The notes under the pieces are model-generated. The model had not been told where the DNA came from. It saw only the letters and a program-made list of their open reading frames with translations, and ran no database searches. A program made the translations under genes and the position numbers. From Gemmatales bacterium (GTDB taxonomy: Bacteria; Planctomycetota; Planctomycetia; Gemmatales; HRBIN36), in the NCBI GenBank assembly GCA_041640595.1, contig JBEPZY010000002.1:146984-210983 (forward strand): DNA of 64,000 nucleotides. The letters run 5' to 3'. Positions 10,679 through 20,679 of this stretch are shown here, one piece after another; the first letter of the stretch is position 1, and every line of letters starts with the position of its first letter.

Positions 10679-10956
10679 CCCATTCTCACTCCTGGCTGAC
10701 GAAATCGCCATTCGCTTCGTGGGGCATTTGGGGTCGTCGACCGTGACCGCGCCTATTCTCGCTCCTAGCTGACGAAATCGCCACTCGCTTCGTGGATGGC
10801 CTTTGTCCCGGAGGCCGCTCATTCTCGCTGCCGGACTTCTGGGTCGGATGCTGTGGACTCGCGCCTCGCAAAGACCAACACCGCACGACCGAACCCGCCA
10901 CGAGGGCAGGCCGACCACGTGGATGCTGTGGACTCGCGCCTTGCAAAGACCAACAC
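10679..10956. repeat. Two pairs of interspaced direct repeats (periods 73 and 75 nt)
   Basis: ATTCTCRCTCCTRGCTGACGAAATCGCCAYTCGCTTCGTGG at 10682 and 10755. GGATGCTGTGGACTCGCGCCTYGCAAAGACCAACAC at 10846 and 10921. Confidence 0.9.
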
Positions 10957-10963
10957 AGGGGGA

Positions 10964-11146
10964 TTGCCTATTCTTGGACGTGCCTTGCAGATCATCGGAC
11001 TGATCCTGGTTCCGGTGGCCGTGGCTGGAAACCTAGCCGAAATCGCGCACGCACCGGTGGCCTTGAGTCTGGGCGAATCGCTGCTGGTGTCGGTGATCGG
11101 CATCAGCTTGTTTTACCTCGGCTGGCTGCTAAACAACCGCGGCTGA
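10964..11146 (+). CDS. Small two-TM membrane protein
   Basis: (M)PILGRALQIIGLILVPVAVAGN...LLVSVIGISLFYLGWLL has two hydrophobic helices. TTG start assumed; the upstream ORF extension runs through repeats. Confidence 0.6.
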   Translation: MPILGRALQIIGLILVPVAVAGNLAEIAHAPVALSLGESLLVSVIGISLFYLGWLLNNRG

Positions 11147-11469
11147 GTCATTGAGGACCACGGCGACTGGTTTGACCGATGTAGCGACGGTGTCGGGCAC
11201 AGTGAGTGGTCAACATTCCGACGCGATTTCTGACCGCTAGTTTGGAGAGCACCACACGGGGTGATGTGGCGCCGGGCCGAGTACACCTTCAGGCTCTAAT
11301 GACGCCACGCTGGTGCGTCTCGATAACTTTTCGTTGGCACGTCTGGAATGGGGCCGACGCATGGATATTCTGTCTTCGAGACATGTAAGGTCCTGCGGCC
11401 TTAGAGGTGGCAAGCTTGCGGGAACCGAACCTTCACATCAAGTTAGACGCGAGAAAGGGAGGGCAAGAG

Positions 11470-12990
11470 ATGACCCAGGCGAGGCAGCCGACGCGGCGGG
11501 AGATGTTGCAACAGACGGCGGTGAGTGTGGCCGGACTTCTCGGTGGGCAGATCGGTTTCGCCGAGCAGCAGCGCGATCTCATTCGCCACGAAAACGAAAA
11601 ACCGGGCACCACTTCCTGGTTGCTGGAAAACACCCGCGTGGACCCGCCGACCAAGTACCGCTGTCCGTGGATTGAGGGATACGTTTCGCACACCAGCATT
11701 CGCGCCGGAGAGAAATTGAGCATCTTCGTCAGCACCAACCCGCCTTCGCCGTTTGTCATTGATATTTACCGGCTGGGTTACTATGGCGGTAAAGGTGGTC
11801 GGCATCTTTTGCAGCTGGGGCCATTCCAGGGGAAAGTGCAGCCGGATCCGGCAGTCGGTGTGGAACGGCTGCGGGAATGCCAGTGGGAACCGTGTACGAC
11901 CCTGACCATTCCCAACGACTGGCCGAGCGGCGTTTATCTCGGCAAACTCACCGCCGAACGCGAAAAATTGCAGAGTTACATCATCTTCATTGTCCGGGAC
12001 GATCGCCGCTGCGATTTCCTTTTCCAGTGCAGCGACACCACCTGGTGCGCGTACAATCGCTGGCCCAGCCAGTGGTCGCTTTACGATGACGGCAAGAAAG
12101 TCTGGTACTGGGGGCCGAACGTCCGCGTCAGCTGGGATCGCCCTTACGGCAAGTATTGCCAGATTTTCGATGCGCCGTTGTCGCAGGGTTCCGGCGAGTT
12201 TCTGCTCTGGGAATTTCCGCTGGCGTTCTGGATGGAGAAGGAGGGGTACGACGTTTCCTATATCAGCAACACCGACACTCACCGCGATCCCGCCGGCTTG
12301 CTTCGTGCCAAGGCGTTTTTATCCGTGGGCCACGATGAATACTGGTCGCTGGAAATGTTCCGCAACGTCGAAGCCGCCATCCAGAAGGGGCTGAATGTCG
12401 CCTTTTTGAGCGGCAATACCTGTTACGGGCGAATCGAATTTTACCCCAGTCAGCGAGGACAGCCTCTGCGAGCTTTCGCGCGGGTCGGCGTGTTTGGCCC
12501 CTTGACCGAAAACGATTACAAAGGTTTTCCGGAGATGCGGCGGTTCAAATATCTGGAACCGGACGCCCGCTTTTTGATGGGAGCAGCCAGCGTCTGGCCG
12601 GTCACAGGCGGAGCGGACTGGATCTGCGTGGACGAAAAACACTGGCTTTTCGAAGGCACCGGCATGAAAAACGGCGACGCCATTCCGGGTCTGGTCGGCT
12701 GGGAGTGGCACGGCAATCCCGCGCCGATTCCCGGACTGCAAATCGTGGCCCGCGGCAAACTGTTCAGCCGCAACAGTCCGGGCGAATACACCGCTACCAT
12801 TTATCCGGGGCCGAAGGACAATTTCGTCTTTAACGCCGCCACTATCTGGTGGGCAGAGGGACTCAGTTCGCCGCCGGGTCATCTTCTGCCTTCCGCTCAC
12901 GGTGCCAAACCGCGAGGCCCGGACCCGCGGGTGCAACGAATTACCCGCAACCTGTTCGAGCGATTTCGGCAATCGCCCGGCCCGGCATAG
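11470..12990 (+). CDS. Tat-exported N,N-dimethylformamidase beta-subunit-like domain protein
   Basis: Twin-arginine signal TRREMLQ. Motifs IYRLGYYGG, TWCAYNRW, VSWDRPY, FLSVGHDEYWS and AFLSGNTCY are typical of this family. Confidence 0.75.
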   Translation: MTQARQPTRREMLQQTAVSVAGLLGGQIGFAEQQRDLIRHENEKPGTTSWLLENTRVDPPTKYRCPWIEGYVSHTSIRAGEKLSIFVSTNPPSPFVIDIYRLGYYGGKGGRHLLQLGPFQGKVQPDPAVGVERLRECQWEPCTTLTIPNDWPSGVYLGKLTAEREKLQSYIIFIVRDDRRCDFLFQCSDTTWCAYNRWPSQWSLYDDGKKVWYWGPNVRVSWDRPYGKYCQIFDAPLSQGSGEFLLWEFPLAFWMEKEGYDVSYISNTDTHRDPAGLLRAKAFLSVGHDEYWSLEMFRNVEAAIQKGLNVAFLSGNTCYGRIEFYPSQRGQPLRAFARVGVFGPLTENDYKGFPEMRRFKYLEPDARFLMGAASVWPVTGGADWICVDEKHWLFEGTGMKNGDAIPGLVGWEWHGNPAPIPGLQIVARGKLFSRNSPGEYTATIYPGPKDNFVFNAATIWWAEGLSSPPGHLLPSAHGAKPRGPDPRVQRITRNLFERFRQSPGPA

Positions 12991-13069
12991 GATTTGTGCT
13001 GGCGTGGTTGGCACGACGCATGTTCGCTGCAAAAAGCGCCATCCGCGATGCAGAAACGCACATTCACAA

Positions 13070-14334
13070 GAGCGGCGGGCGTCAGCCCGCCGTGGCTCGG
13101 ATTCGCACTTGCAACGGCGACCCGCTTTTGCGCACTGATTACGTTTCGCACCGCACAGTCGCTTCCCGTGCCACGGCTGGCTCACGCCAGCCGCTCCTGC
13201 TTGCGCGACGTGTGTTCGGCGAGCAAAAGCGATATTTGCGATGCACAAACGAACGTGCATAAGAGCGGCGGGCGTCAGCCCGCCGTGGGTCGAATTCGCG
13301 CTTGCAATCGCGACCCGCTTTTGCGCACTGATTACGTTTCGCACCGCACAGTCGCTTCCCGTACCACGGCTGGCTCACGCCAGCCGCTCTTGGTGCACGA
13401 GGTGTGTTCGGTGTAAAGGGCGCGATCTCTGGTGTGGACGCGCACGCCCACAAGAGCGGCGGGCGTCAGCCCGCCGTGGGTCGGATTCGCGCTTGCGACG
13501 GCGACCCGCTTTTGCGCACTGATTACGTTTCGCCCCGCACATTCGCTTCCCGCACCACGGCTGGCTCACGCCAGCCGCTCTTGGTGCGCGACGTGTGTTC
13601 CGCGAGCAAAAGCGACATTTGCGATGGACGAACGAACGTGCACAAGAGCGGCGGGCGTCAGCCCGCCGTGGCTCGGATTCGCCCTTGCAAGGGCGACCCG
13701 CTTTTGCGCACTGATTACGTTTCGCCCCGCACATTCGTTTCCCGCGCCACGGCTGGCTCACGCCAGCCGCTCTTGGTGCACGACGTGCATTCGCTGTAAA
13801 GGGGGCGATCTCTGCTGCGGACGCGCACGCCCACAAGAGCGGCGGGCGTCAGCCCGCCGTGGCTCGGATTCGCACTTGCAACGGCGACCCGCTTTTGCGC
13901 ACTGATTACGTTTCGCACCGCACAGTCGCTTCCTGCGCCACGGCTGGCCCACGCCAGCCGCTCTCGGTGCACGACGTGTATTCGGTGTAAAGGGCGCGAT
14001 CTCTGCTGCAGACGCGCACGCCCACAAGAGCGGCGGGCGTCAGCCCGCCGTGGGTCGGTAACGCATCTGCAATGGCGCCCACCTTCTCCCGCTAAACACA
14101 TCTGCCCAGCACGATCCGCTCCCGCACCACGGTGGGCTTACGGCGACCGCTCCTGGTTGCACGTGCGCTTATTGTTGCAGAACTGCGTTTGGCCGTGAGC
14201 GAGTCGGTTCCCGCACCACGGGGGGCTTACGCCCCCCGCTCTTGGTCGCCAGCGCGGACGCCATTGCAGGTGTACGTTTCGTAGCCGCGAGAATGCTAAC
14301 CTTCGCACGGGGGGGGCTTACGCCTCCCGCTCCT
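13070..14334. repeat. REP-like cluster 3: tandem array of ~192-nt BIME/REPIN-like units (14 palindromes)
   Basis: Forward palindromes at 13070, 13263, 13454, 13646, 13837, 14028. Reverse ones 101 nt later at 13171, 13364, 13555, 13747, 13938, plus 14127, 14215 and about 14305. Confidence 0.96.
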
Positions 14335-14618
14335 GGTTGGCGATCGTGGTGGCGTGCATCATGGGCGCGAGCGAGTTCCGGTGTCCTCACGAACACGTAG
14401 CACCGAACCGGCGCTAGCGACCCCTCCGTCCGCAAACGAGATACTTCATGGCACCTGCCCCACGAGCGGGTAGCACCGAATCCACGCTGGCCAACATTCC
14501 GGCGGGTTGCTATCCCCTTGCCAGGCGTCCAGCGCTAGCCCGAAAATTCCGTCAAACAACCACCTATTCTGACCCTGGCGGGCAGTGTGTCGGTTCACCC
14601 ACTACGATACCAGTGGCA

Positions 14619-16844
14619 ATGGATAGCAACAACGATCATCCCCTGCTGCAAAGTGCCCAATATGTGCGGGGAGTCGGGCCGGCGCGGTTTGCGTTATTGA
14701 ACCGGCTCGGCATCCAGACCGTGCAGGATCTGCTTTTTTACCTGCCGCGTGACTACGAGGATTTGAGCGATCTGCGCCGGATTGCCGAACTCGAACCGGA
14801 ACGGTTGCAGACCGTGGTGGGCGAGGTGGTGGAAATTCGCAGTCGCACGACCCGGCGGGGGATGAACGTGCTCTCGGTGGTTGTTCATGACGGCAGCGGA
14901 GTTCTGGAAGCGGTCTGGTTCAATCAGCCATACCTCGTTCATAAATTCCGCTACGGTCAGCGACTGGCAGTGAGTGGCAAACCGAAACGCACCGCATCGG
15001 GATTCTGGCAAATGGCCCATCCGCGTGTGCAACCGCTGGAGACGGACGAAACGCTTTCCGCAGAAAATGCCAGAGTGCTACCGATTTATCCGCTCACCGA
15101 GGGACTGCGCCAGGAACAATTGCGGCGGATCATTCGCCATGCCGTCGAACAGTATGCCTCGCTGGTGCCGGAAATCCTGCCGGATGAACTGCGGGGGCGG
15201 CGACAATTGCCGGACATCGGGCAAACCTTGCGGCAACTGCATTGTCCGAGCTCGTTAACCGAGGCGGAGCAGGCGAGACGACGGCTGGCGTATGAGGAGT
15301 TTTTGCTGTTGCATCTGGCGCTGGCCCATCGTCGGCGCGATGTCAATGCCCAGCTGCGTGCTCCCAAGATGCTGCTGAGCCGCGCTCTCGATCAGCGTAT
15401 CCGCCGATTGTTTCCCTTTGCCCTGACGCGGGATCAAAACCGTGTCGTGGCCGAAATTGCTCGCGATCTCGCCAGCGATAAACCGATGCGGCGATTGTTG
15501 CAGGCCGACGTCGGGGCTGGCAAAACCGCAGTGGCTGTGTACGCTCTGCTCGTCTGCGTGGCCAACAAATACCAGGCCGCCCTCATGGCCCCGACGGAAG
15601 TGCTGGCGCGACAGCACTGGCACACGCTCAACACTTACCTCGCCCACAGCCGGGTCAAACGCGTTTTGCTGACCGGCTCGCTCAACGAACGAGAACGCCG
15701 CATGGCCCTCGGAGAAATCCGCATGGGTCAGGTGGACCTGGTCATCGGTACCCAGGCCCTGATTCAGAACGACGTGGAATTTGCCCGGCTGGGTCTGGTG
15801 ATTATTGACGAACAGCACCGGTTTGGCGTGCTGCAACGTGCGCAGTTTCGCAATCTCGGCGGGGATGAGCGATTCCAGCCGCATTATCTGGTCATGACCG
15901 CCACGCCGATTCCCCGCACCGTGGCGTTGACCCTGTTCGGCGACCTGGACGTAAGCATCATCCGCGAACTGCCCCCCGGTCGCCAGCCCGTCCAGACCAA
16001 ACTCGTTCCCGAAAGCAAACGCGCCGAACTGGAAAAATACCTCCGCCAGCAAGTCGAACAGGGCAGGCAACTGTACGTCGTCTGTCCCCTGGTCGAAGGA
16101 GAATCAGCCGAAGACATCGCCGGCGAACTGTACGAGACGGTCAGCCAGCCGACAGAGATCGCCGCCGAGGCTGATTCTTCCCCGGCCGATAACAGCACAC
16201 CGCCACGCGAGCCATTTTCTGCCCGGAACGCCACGCACTACAAGAGTGCCGAGGAGCATTACGAATATCTGCGCCGCGGGCCGTTTCGCGGTCTGGCCGT
16301 GGGTTTGCTCCACGGTCGGCTCGACGATCGCCGCAAGGATATGGTGATGGAGCAATTCCGCCGCGGCGAAATTCAGGTGCTGGTCTGCACGACGGTGATC
16401 GAAGTCGGCGTGGATGTGCCCAACGCGACGTTGATGGTGATTGAACATGCCGAGCGATTCGGTCTGTCGCAGCTGCACCAGTTGCGGGGGCGGGTGGCTC
16501 GCGGACCGGTTGCCGGCGAGTGTTACCTTTTCGCAGACCTGTCCAGCGAAACCAGCCGGGAACGGTTGCGGTTGTTCGTCAAGACAAATGATGGCTTTGA
16601 ACTGGCCGAAGCGGATGCTCGATTACGCGGAGTCGGTCAGTTTTTCGGCACCCGCCAGCACGGGGCAAGCGAACTGCGCTACGCTCACCTGATCGGCGAT
16701 GTGGAACTGCTCGAACTCGCCCGGCAGGATGCTCTGGAACTCACCCGCTCCGATCCCGGCCTGCGTCATCCAGCACATCAGGGTCTGCGCCAGGCGGTCT
16801 TGCGTCAGTACGGCAGCCGACTCGATCTGGCCGAGATCGGCTGA
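14619..16844 (+). CDS. recG: ATP-dependent DNA helicase RecG
   Basis: OB wedge domain, RLLQADVGAGKT, MAPTEVLARQH, DEQHRFGV, MTATPIPRT, IEHAERFGLSQLHQLRGRV and DGFELAEAD. Confidence 0.98.
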   Translation: MDSNNDHPLLQSAQYVRGVGPARFALLNRLGIQTVQDLLFYLPRDYEDLSDLRRIAELEPERLQTVVGEVVEIRSRTTRRGMNVLSVVVHDGSGVLEAVWFNQPYLVHKFRYGQRLAVSGKPKRTASGFWQMAHPRVQPLETDETLSAENARVLPIYPLTEGLRQEQLRRIIRHAVEQYASLVPEILPDELRGRRQLPDIGQTLRQLHCPSSLTEAEQARRRLAYEEFLLLHLALAHRRRDVNAQLRAPKMLLSRALDQRIRRLFPFALTRDQNRVVAEIARDLASDKPMRRLLQADVGAGKTAVAVYALLVCVANKYQAALMAPTEVLARQHWHTLNTYLAHSRVKRVLLTGSLNERERRMALGEIRMGQVDLVIGTQALIQNDVEFARLGLVIIDEQHRFGVLQRAQFRNLGGDERFQPHYLVMTATPIPRTVALTLFGDLDVSIIRELPPGRQPVQTKLVPESKRAELEKYLRQQVEQGRQLYVVCPLVEGESAEDIAGELYETVSQPTEIAAEADSSPADNSTPPREPFSARNATHYKSAEEHYEYLRRGPFRGLAVGLLHGRLDDRRKDMVMEQFRRGEIQVLVCTTVIEVGVDVPNATLMVIEHAERFGLSQLHQLRGRVARGPVAGECYLFADLSSETSRERLRLFVKTNDGFELAEADARLRGVGQFFGTRQHGASELRYAHLIGDVELLELARQDALELTRSDPGLRHPAHQGLRQAVLRQYGSRLDLAEIG

Positions 16845-16934
16845 CGACACCGACAACCTCGCGCCCGGAACAAACCCATCTGCTGGCATCCCGACGGTGC
16901 CGAGCGGATAACCTGGACCAGCCTGCTGAAAGCC

Positions 16935-17624
16935 ATGCCGATTCTGGGTCTGCGGATCGGGGTAATCATCCCGGCACTCAATGAAGCCGAGGCATTGCCC
17001 CAGGTCCTGGCCGAATTGCCCCGCGAGGTGGATGAAGTGCTCGTCGTGGACAACGGTTCCAGCGACGGCACTGCGGAAGTGGCTCGCGCGTGTGGAGCAC
17101 GAGTCGTGTGCGAACCGAGACGGGGTTACGGCTCGGCCTGCCAGCGCGGACTGGCGGAACTCGGACCGTGCCAGGTCGTCGTCTTCCTCGACGCCGACCA
17201 TAGCGATTTTCCCCAGGAATTGCCCCGCTTGATTCAGCCCATCGCGGAAGGACGTGCGGACCTGGTCATTGGCAGTCGCGTTCGCGGTCAGTGTCAACCG
17301 GGGGCCCTGACGCCGCATCAACGATTCGGCAACGCCCTCGCCTGTACCTTGCTTCGCATCCTCTGGAATCAACGGGTCAGCGATCTCGGCCCGTTTCGTG
17401 CCATCCGCCGCGAATGCCTCCACCGCTTAAACTTGCGCGACCGCAATTATGGCTGGAACATCGAAATGCACATTCAGGCGGCCCGGCTGGGTCTGCGGGT
17501 CGTCGAAGTGCCCGTTTCCTACCGACGCCGAATCGGCCAGAGCAAAATCAGCGGCACTGTTCGCGGCAGTCTGGCAGCCGGAGCGAAAATCCTCTGGACG
17601 ATCTTCCGCCACAGTCTCGCCTAA
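16935..17624 (+). CDS. Glycosyltransferase family 2 (DPM1-like)
   Basis: VIIPALNE, VVDNGSSDGT, RRGYGSAC, FLDADHSD and EVPVSYRRRIGQSKISGT. Confidence 0.92.
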   Translation: MPILGLRIGVIIPALNEAEALPQVLAELPREVDEVLVVDNGSSDGTAEVARACGARVVCEPRRGYGSACQRGLAELGPCQVVVFLDADHSDFPQELPRLIQPIAEGRADLVIGSRVRGQCQPGALTPHQRFGNALACTLLRILWNQRVSDLGPFRAIRRECLHRLNLRDRNYGWNIEMHIQAARLGLRVVEVPVSYRRRIGQSKISGTVRGSLAAGAKILWTIFRHSLA

Positions 17625-18097
17625 TCCTGTGGACTGACGGTGATGCTCTCGGCATCGCTCGATTCCGGTAATTGCCCGGCCGGTTTGAGGAGCGGGAAAC
17701 GTTTCAGCAACGCTTCAATGTTTTCCAGGCGGCGATTGGTTTCCTGCAAGCGGGCGTTGGTCTGTGCCATTTCCTGCCGCGTCAACTGCAATTCGCTCTG
17801 GATGGCGTCGAGCCGATCGGTAACCGGTGCCAGGCAGCCCATGCAAAGGGCCAATCCCGCTCCCCATCCCAGCCGCCAGCAACAACGCCATACCCCGACC
17901 AGACGTGTCCACCAATCACCTGCCGACCACCGGCCAGGTATCACGCACCGCTTGCCGCCCACCGAGGGTCGTTTCCCTCGGCCCCACCTGCCGTCCTGAA
18001 GGCAGAGGAAGGAACTCTTCCTCTGCCTGCCTCGCTCGCCCAACGTTTGACAGCTGACTGACACAACACCGTCCTGGCGACCAACCGGCTGGCTCAT
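17621..18097 (-). CDS. Small putative lipoprotein with coiled coil (true start probably downstream of 18097)
   Basis: LALCMGC lipobox-like motif followed by heptad segment LDAIQSELQLTRQEMAQTNARLQETNRRLENIE. Stop overlaps the GT2 stop. Confidence 0.5.
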   Translation of the reverse strand: MSQPVGRQDGVVSVSCQTLGERGRQRKSSFLCLQDGRWGRGKRPSVGGKRCVIPGRWSAGDWWTRLVGVWRCCWRLGWGAGLALCMGCLAPVTDRLDAIQSELQLTRQEMAQTNARLQETNRRLENIEALLKRFPLLKPAGQLPESSDAESITVSPQD

Positions 18098-18421
18098 TGC
18101 CCGTCCCTCCCGCTAAATCCAATCGGCCAGACGAGGTGCGCGACTGCAACGATTTTGCTCAAACTTCCGCCCGTACCACCCGCGAAAACGATGAGTCTTG
18201 GATGTCGCTTGGCTTGGCCCCGGTGCCATCTCGGCGCTAGCATCATCCACGAAAATCACGAGACTTTGACTTCGGTTTGCATTGCCCCGGTGCTATGTCG
18301 CACGAGCATCGCCCACTGAAATCGCGAAGTAAGGGATGTGCACGAAAATCCGGCTTGCTCAACCGCACGCCTCACGCAACCCATGAGAGCCCACACTTTA
18401 CTCAAGCGTTCCTCGACGGGA

Positions 18422-18850
18422 TCGCCGCAACGTCAGCGCTCATATTCGCCGTCGCAGGCGTGACCCTCCTTTTTATGCCCGGCCCCTGCCGCTGGGTCGC
18501 CGCAACGTCAACGCTCATATTCGCCGTCGCTGGTGCACAATGTTTTGTCGCTGCCGGTCTTTCACCCGGCCGGCCGCTGAAAACACCGCCGAGGTCAGCG
18601 CAGACACGACCACGATGGCTCGGAAGACCGCTGACAGTACGTGTGCCGACCACCGTTGCATTCGCGTGGTGTGGCACCCCGAAAACAGTCGGAAACAATG
18701 CCCCTGGAACTGCCGCATGCCAATCACCGTTGCCATCCCGTGCAGCGATACCACGGGGGGCTTACGCAGATGCACAGGTGTTCGTCCTCATGGTCGGGGG
18801 AGTTTGCATTTGCGTCCAGCGGCGCCACGGGGGGCTTACGCCCCCGCTCT
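18422..18850. repeat. Interspaced direct repeats (period 74-75 nt) and REP-like cluster 4
   Basis: TCGCCGCAACGTCARCGCTCATATTCGCCGTCGC at 18422 and 18497. CACCGTTGC at 18651 and 18725. CCACGGGGGGCTTACGC at 18751 (half REP) and 18825 (full REP). Confidence 0.85.
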
Positions 18851-19356
18851 TGTGCTGCGATGCGAATGTCTGCCGGCGAAAAAACGATTTTTGCGATGCA
18901 CAAATGCACCGCAAGAATGGTCGCAATGTTTTCTTGCCGAAGGAGGCAGAATTGAGAGGTTTACTGTGGAAAATTAGCAGCATCCTTGCAACTGCGTTCC
19001 TGTGGAAGGCTGCGCTTAACACCGGCACGTGGAGCGGTTAGAATAAGGTTTTCCGACAGGTCTCCGGATAAAACGATGGATGCAGGGTCGGAGACCCATC
19101 AAGCGATGGGAGCATTGCGAAGTTCTGCTGCTGGACATGGCAGCGAGCTCGGTGGAGCGGTACTCCGATGCAGGCGACGAGGCGAAAAAATCCTTGTGCC
19201 ACCGGGTGAAGAGCCAGGCGGCGTATCCGGCAGCGAGCGCGGCATCTCGCTGACAGCTCTATCGCTGCCCGATACGCCACAGTGGAGTACCCAGCAGCGA
19301 GCGGGGTGCTTGTTGGCCTGGCGGCTCATGGAAACGCCTACCGGGAACAATCACGT

Positions 19357-20208
19357 ATGGGTCAAGCCTATATAGTCCGCTACGGTGCCTTGCGATCGCT
19401 GGGTGTTTTTGAGGCAGGCGAAGATGTGCCACCGCTCAGGCGGGGAAATAGCGTCATCGTGGAAACGGAACGAGGCACGGAAGTCGGGGAAGTGCTGTGC
19501 CCGGCTACGGAGCAAGCCAAGAAGCTGCTCGGCGATCCACACGTGGGGAAAATCCTGCGACCGACATCTCCGGAAGATGCCAGCCGGCTGGCGAAATTGC
19601 ACGGTCAGGAAGAACACGCCTACCAGGTCTGTCAGCGGTGGATAGAACGGCTGGCGTTGCCGATGCATATTGTGGACGTGGAACAGCTGTTTGGCGGAGA
19701 GCGGGTGGTGTTTTACTTCCTGGCCGAACCTCCGGAATCCCGCGTGGATTTTCGGGAACTGGTGCGGGAAGTGGCCCGGGAATTGCGGCAGCGCATTGAA
19801 TTGCGGCAGATTGGTATCCGCGACGAAGCCCGTTTGCTGGCGGACTACGGCGACTGTGGTCGGCCAGTGTGTTGCAACTCGTTTCTGGTTACCATGCCGC
19901 CGGTCTCGATGCGAATGGCCAAGTTGCAAAAGGCCACTCTCGACCCGACCAAAATTTCCGGTCGCTGCGGACGCTTGAAATGTTGCCTGCGCTACGAATA
20001 TGAAATTTACGAGGAATATCAGCGACAGTTACCGGCGGTGGGAAGTCAGGTGCTGACGGCTCAGGGAGAGGCTACCGTGCTGGCTCAGGAAATTCTGGCT
20101 CAGAAAGTCCTGCTGCATTATACCGATGGCCGAACCTTGCTCGTCGAGGCCAGCGCTATCCTGAAGCAACTCCGTGGTCCCGATCCGGAAAGCGCTGCGG
20201 AGCAGTAA
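19357..20208 (+). CDS. ricT: PSP1-domain protein (RicT/YaaT family)
   Basis: RVDFRELV, RIELRQIGIRDEA, GDCGRPVCC and KISGRCGRLKCCLRYE. Confidence 0.9.
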   Translation: MGQAYIVRYGALRSLGVFEAGEDVPPLRRGNSVIVETERGTEVGEVLCPATEQAKKLLGDPHVGKILRPTSPEDASRLAKLHGQEEHAYQVCQRWIERLALPMHIVDVEQLFGGERVVFYFLAEPPESRVDFRELVREVARELRQRIELRQIGIRDEARLLADYGDCGRPVCCNSFLVTMPPVSMRMAKLQKATLDPTKISGRCGRLKCCLRYEYEIYEEYQRQLPAVGSQVLTAQGEATVLAQEILAQKVLLHYTDGRTLLVEASAILKQLRGPDPESAAEQ

Positions 20209-20250
20209 TGCCGCCGGTGCTCACTCCGGCCTGCTAAACGAGGCTCAACC

Positions 20251-20679
20251 ATGCCTATGCGTCATCCGGCGATTATCGAGATTTGCCGCAAAGACCCGCG
20301 CTACGAATACGAGGCCTACGAATTTGTTTTCGATGCCCTGCTGCATACCCAGGAAATGCTCGGCAAGGTTCCCAAAGAGGAAGAGGAAGGGAAATCTGCC
20401 GAGGAACAAGGCGACTACCACGTCACCGGTCAGCAACTGCTGCATGGCATCTGCGATCTGGCGTTGCGCCAGTTCGGGCGCATGGCCTGGACGGTTTTTC
20501 GCCGCTGGGGGATCACCAGCACCGATGACTTTGGCGAAATCGTCTTCAACCTCATCGAAGCCGGGCTGATGAGCAAGCGTCCCGAAGATTCCCGAGCCGA
20601 TTTTCACAACGTCTTTGACCTGGAACAAGCACTGTCGCACTATGAAATCCAGCTCGACGAACTCGGATCGGCCAGCTGA
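20251..20679 (+). CDS. Minf_1886-family protein (PVC-group conserved)
   Basis: DPRYEYEAYEFV..AL, HVTGQQLL.GI, QFGRMA..VF..WGI.ST.DFGEIVFNLI.AG and DFHNVFD. Confidence 0.82.
   Translation: MPMRHPAIIEICRKDPRYEYEAYEFVFDALLHTQEMLGKVPKEEEEGKSAEEQGDYHVTGQQLLHGICDLALRQFGRMAWTVFRRWGITSTDDFGEIVFNLIEAGLMSKRPEDSRADFHNVFDLEQALSHYEIQLDELGSAS

Noticed and set aside
13070..14334. CRISPR array call
   Set aside because: Palindromes alternate in orientation, linkers are repeated rather than unique and are too long, and no cas genes are present.
12897..14435. Many overlapping ORFs across the large REP array
   Set aside because: Repeat-derived; unit lengths of 191-193 nt do not keep a frame.
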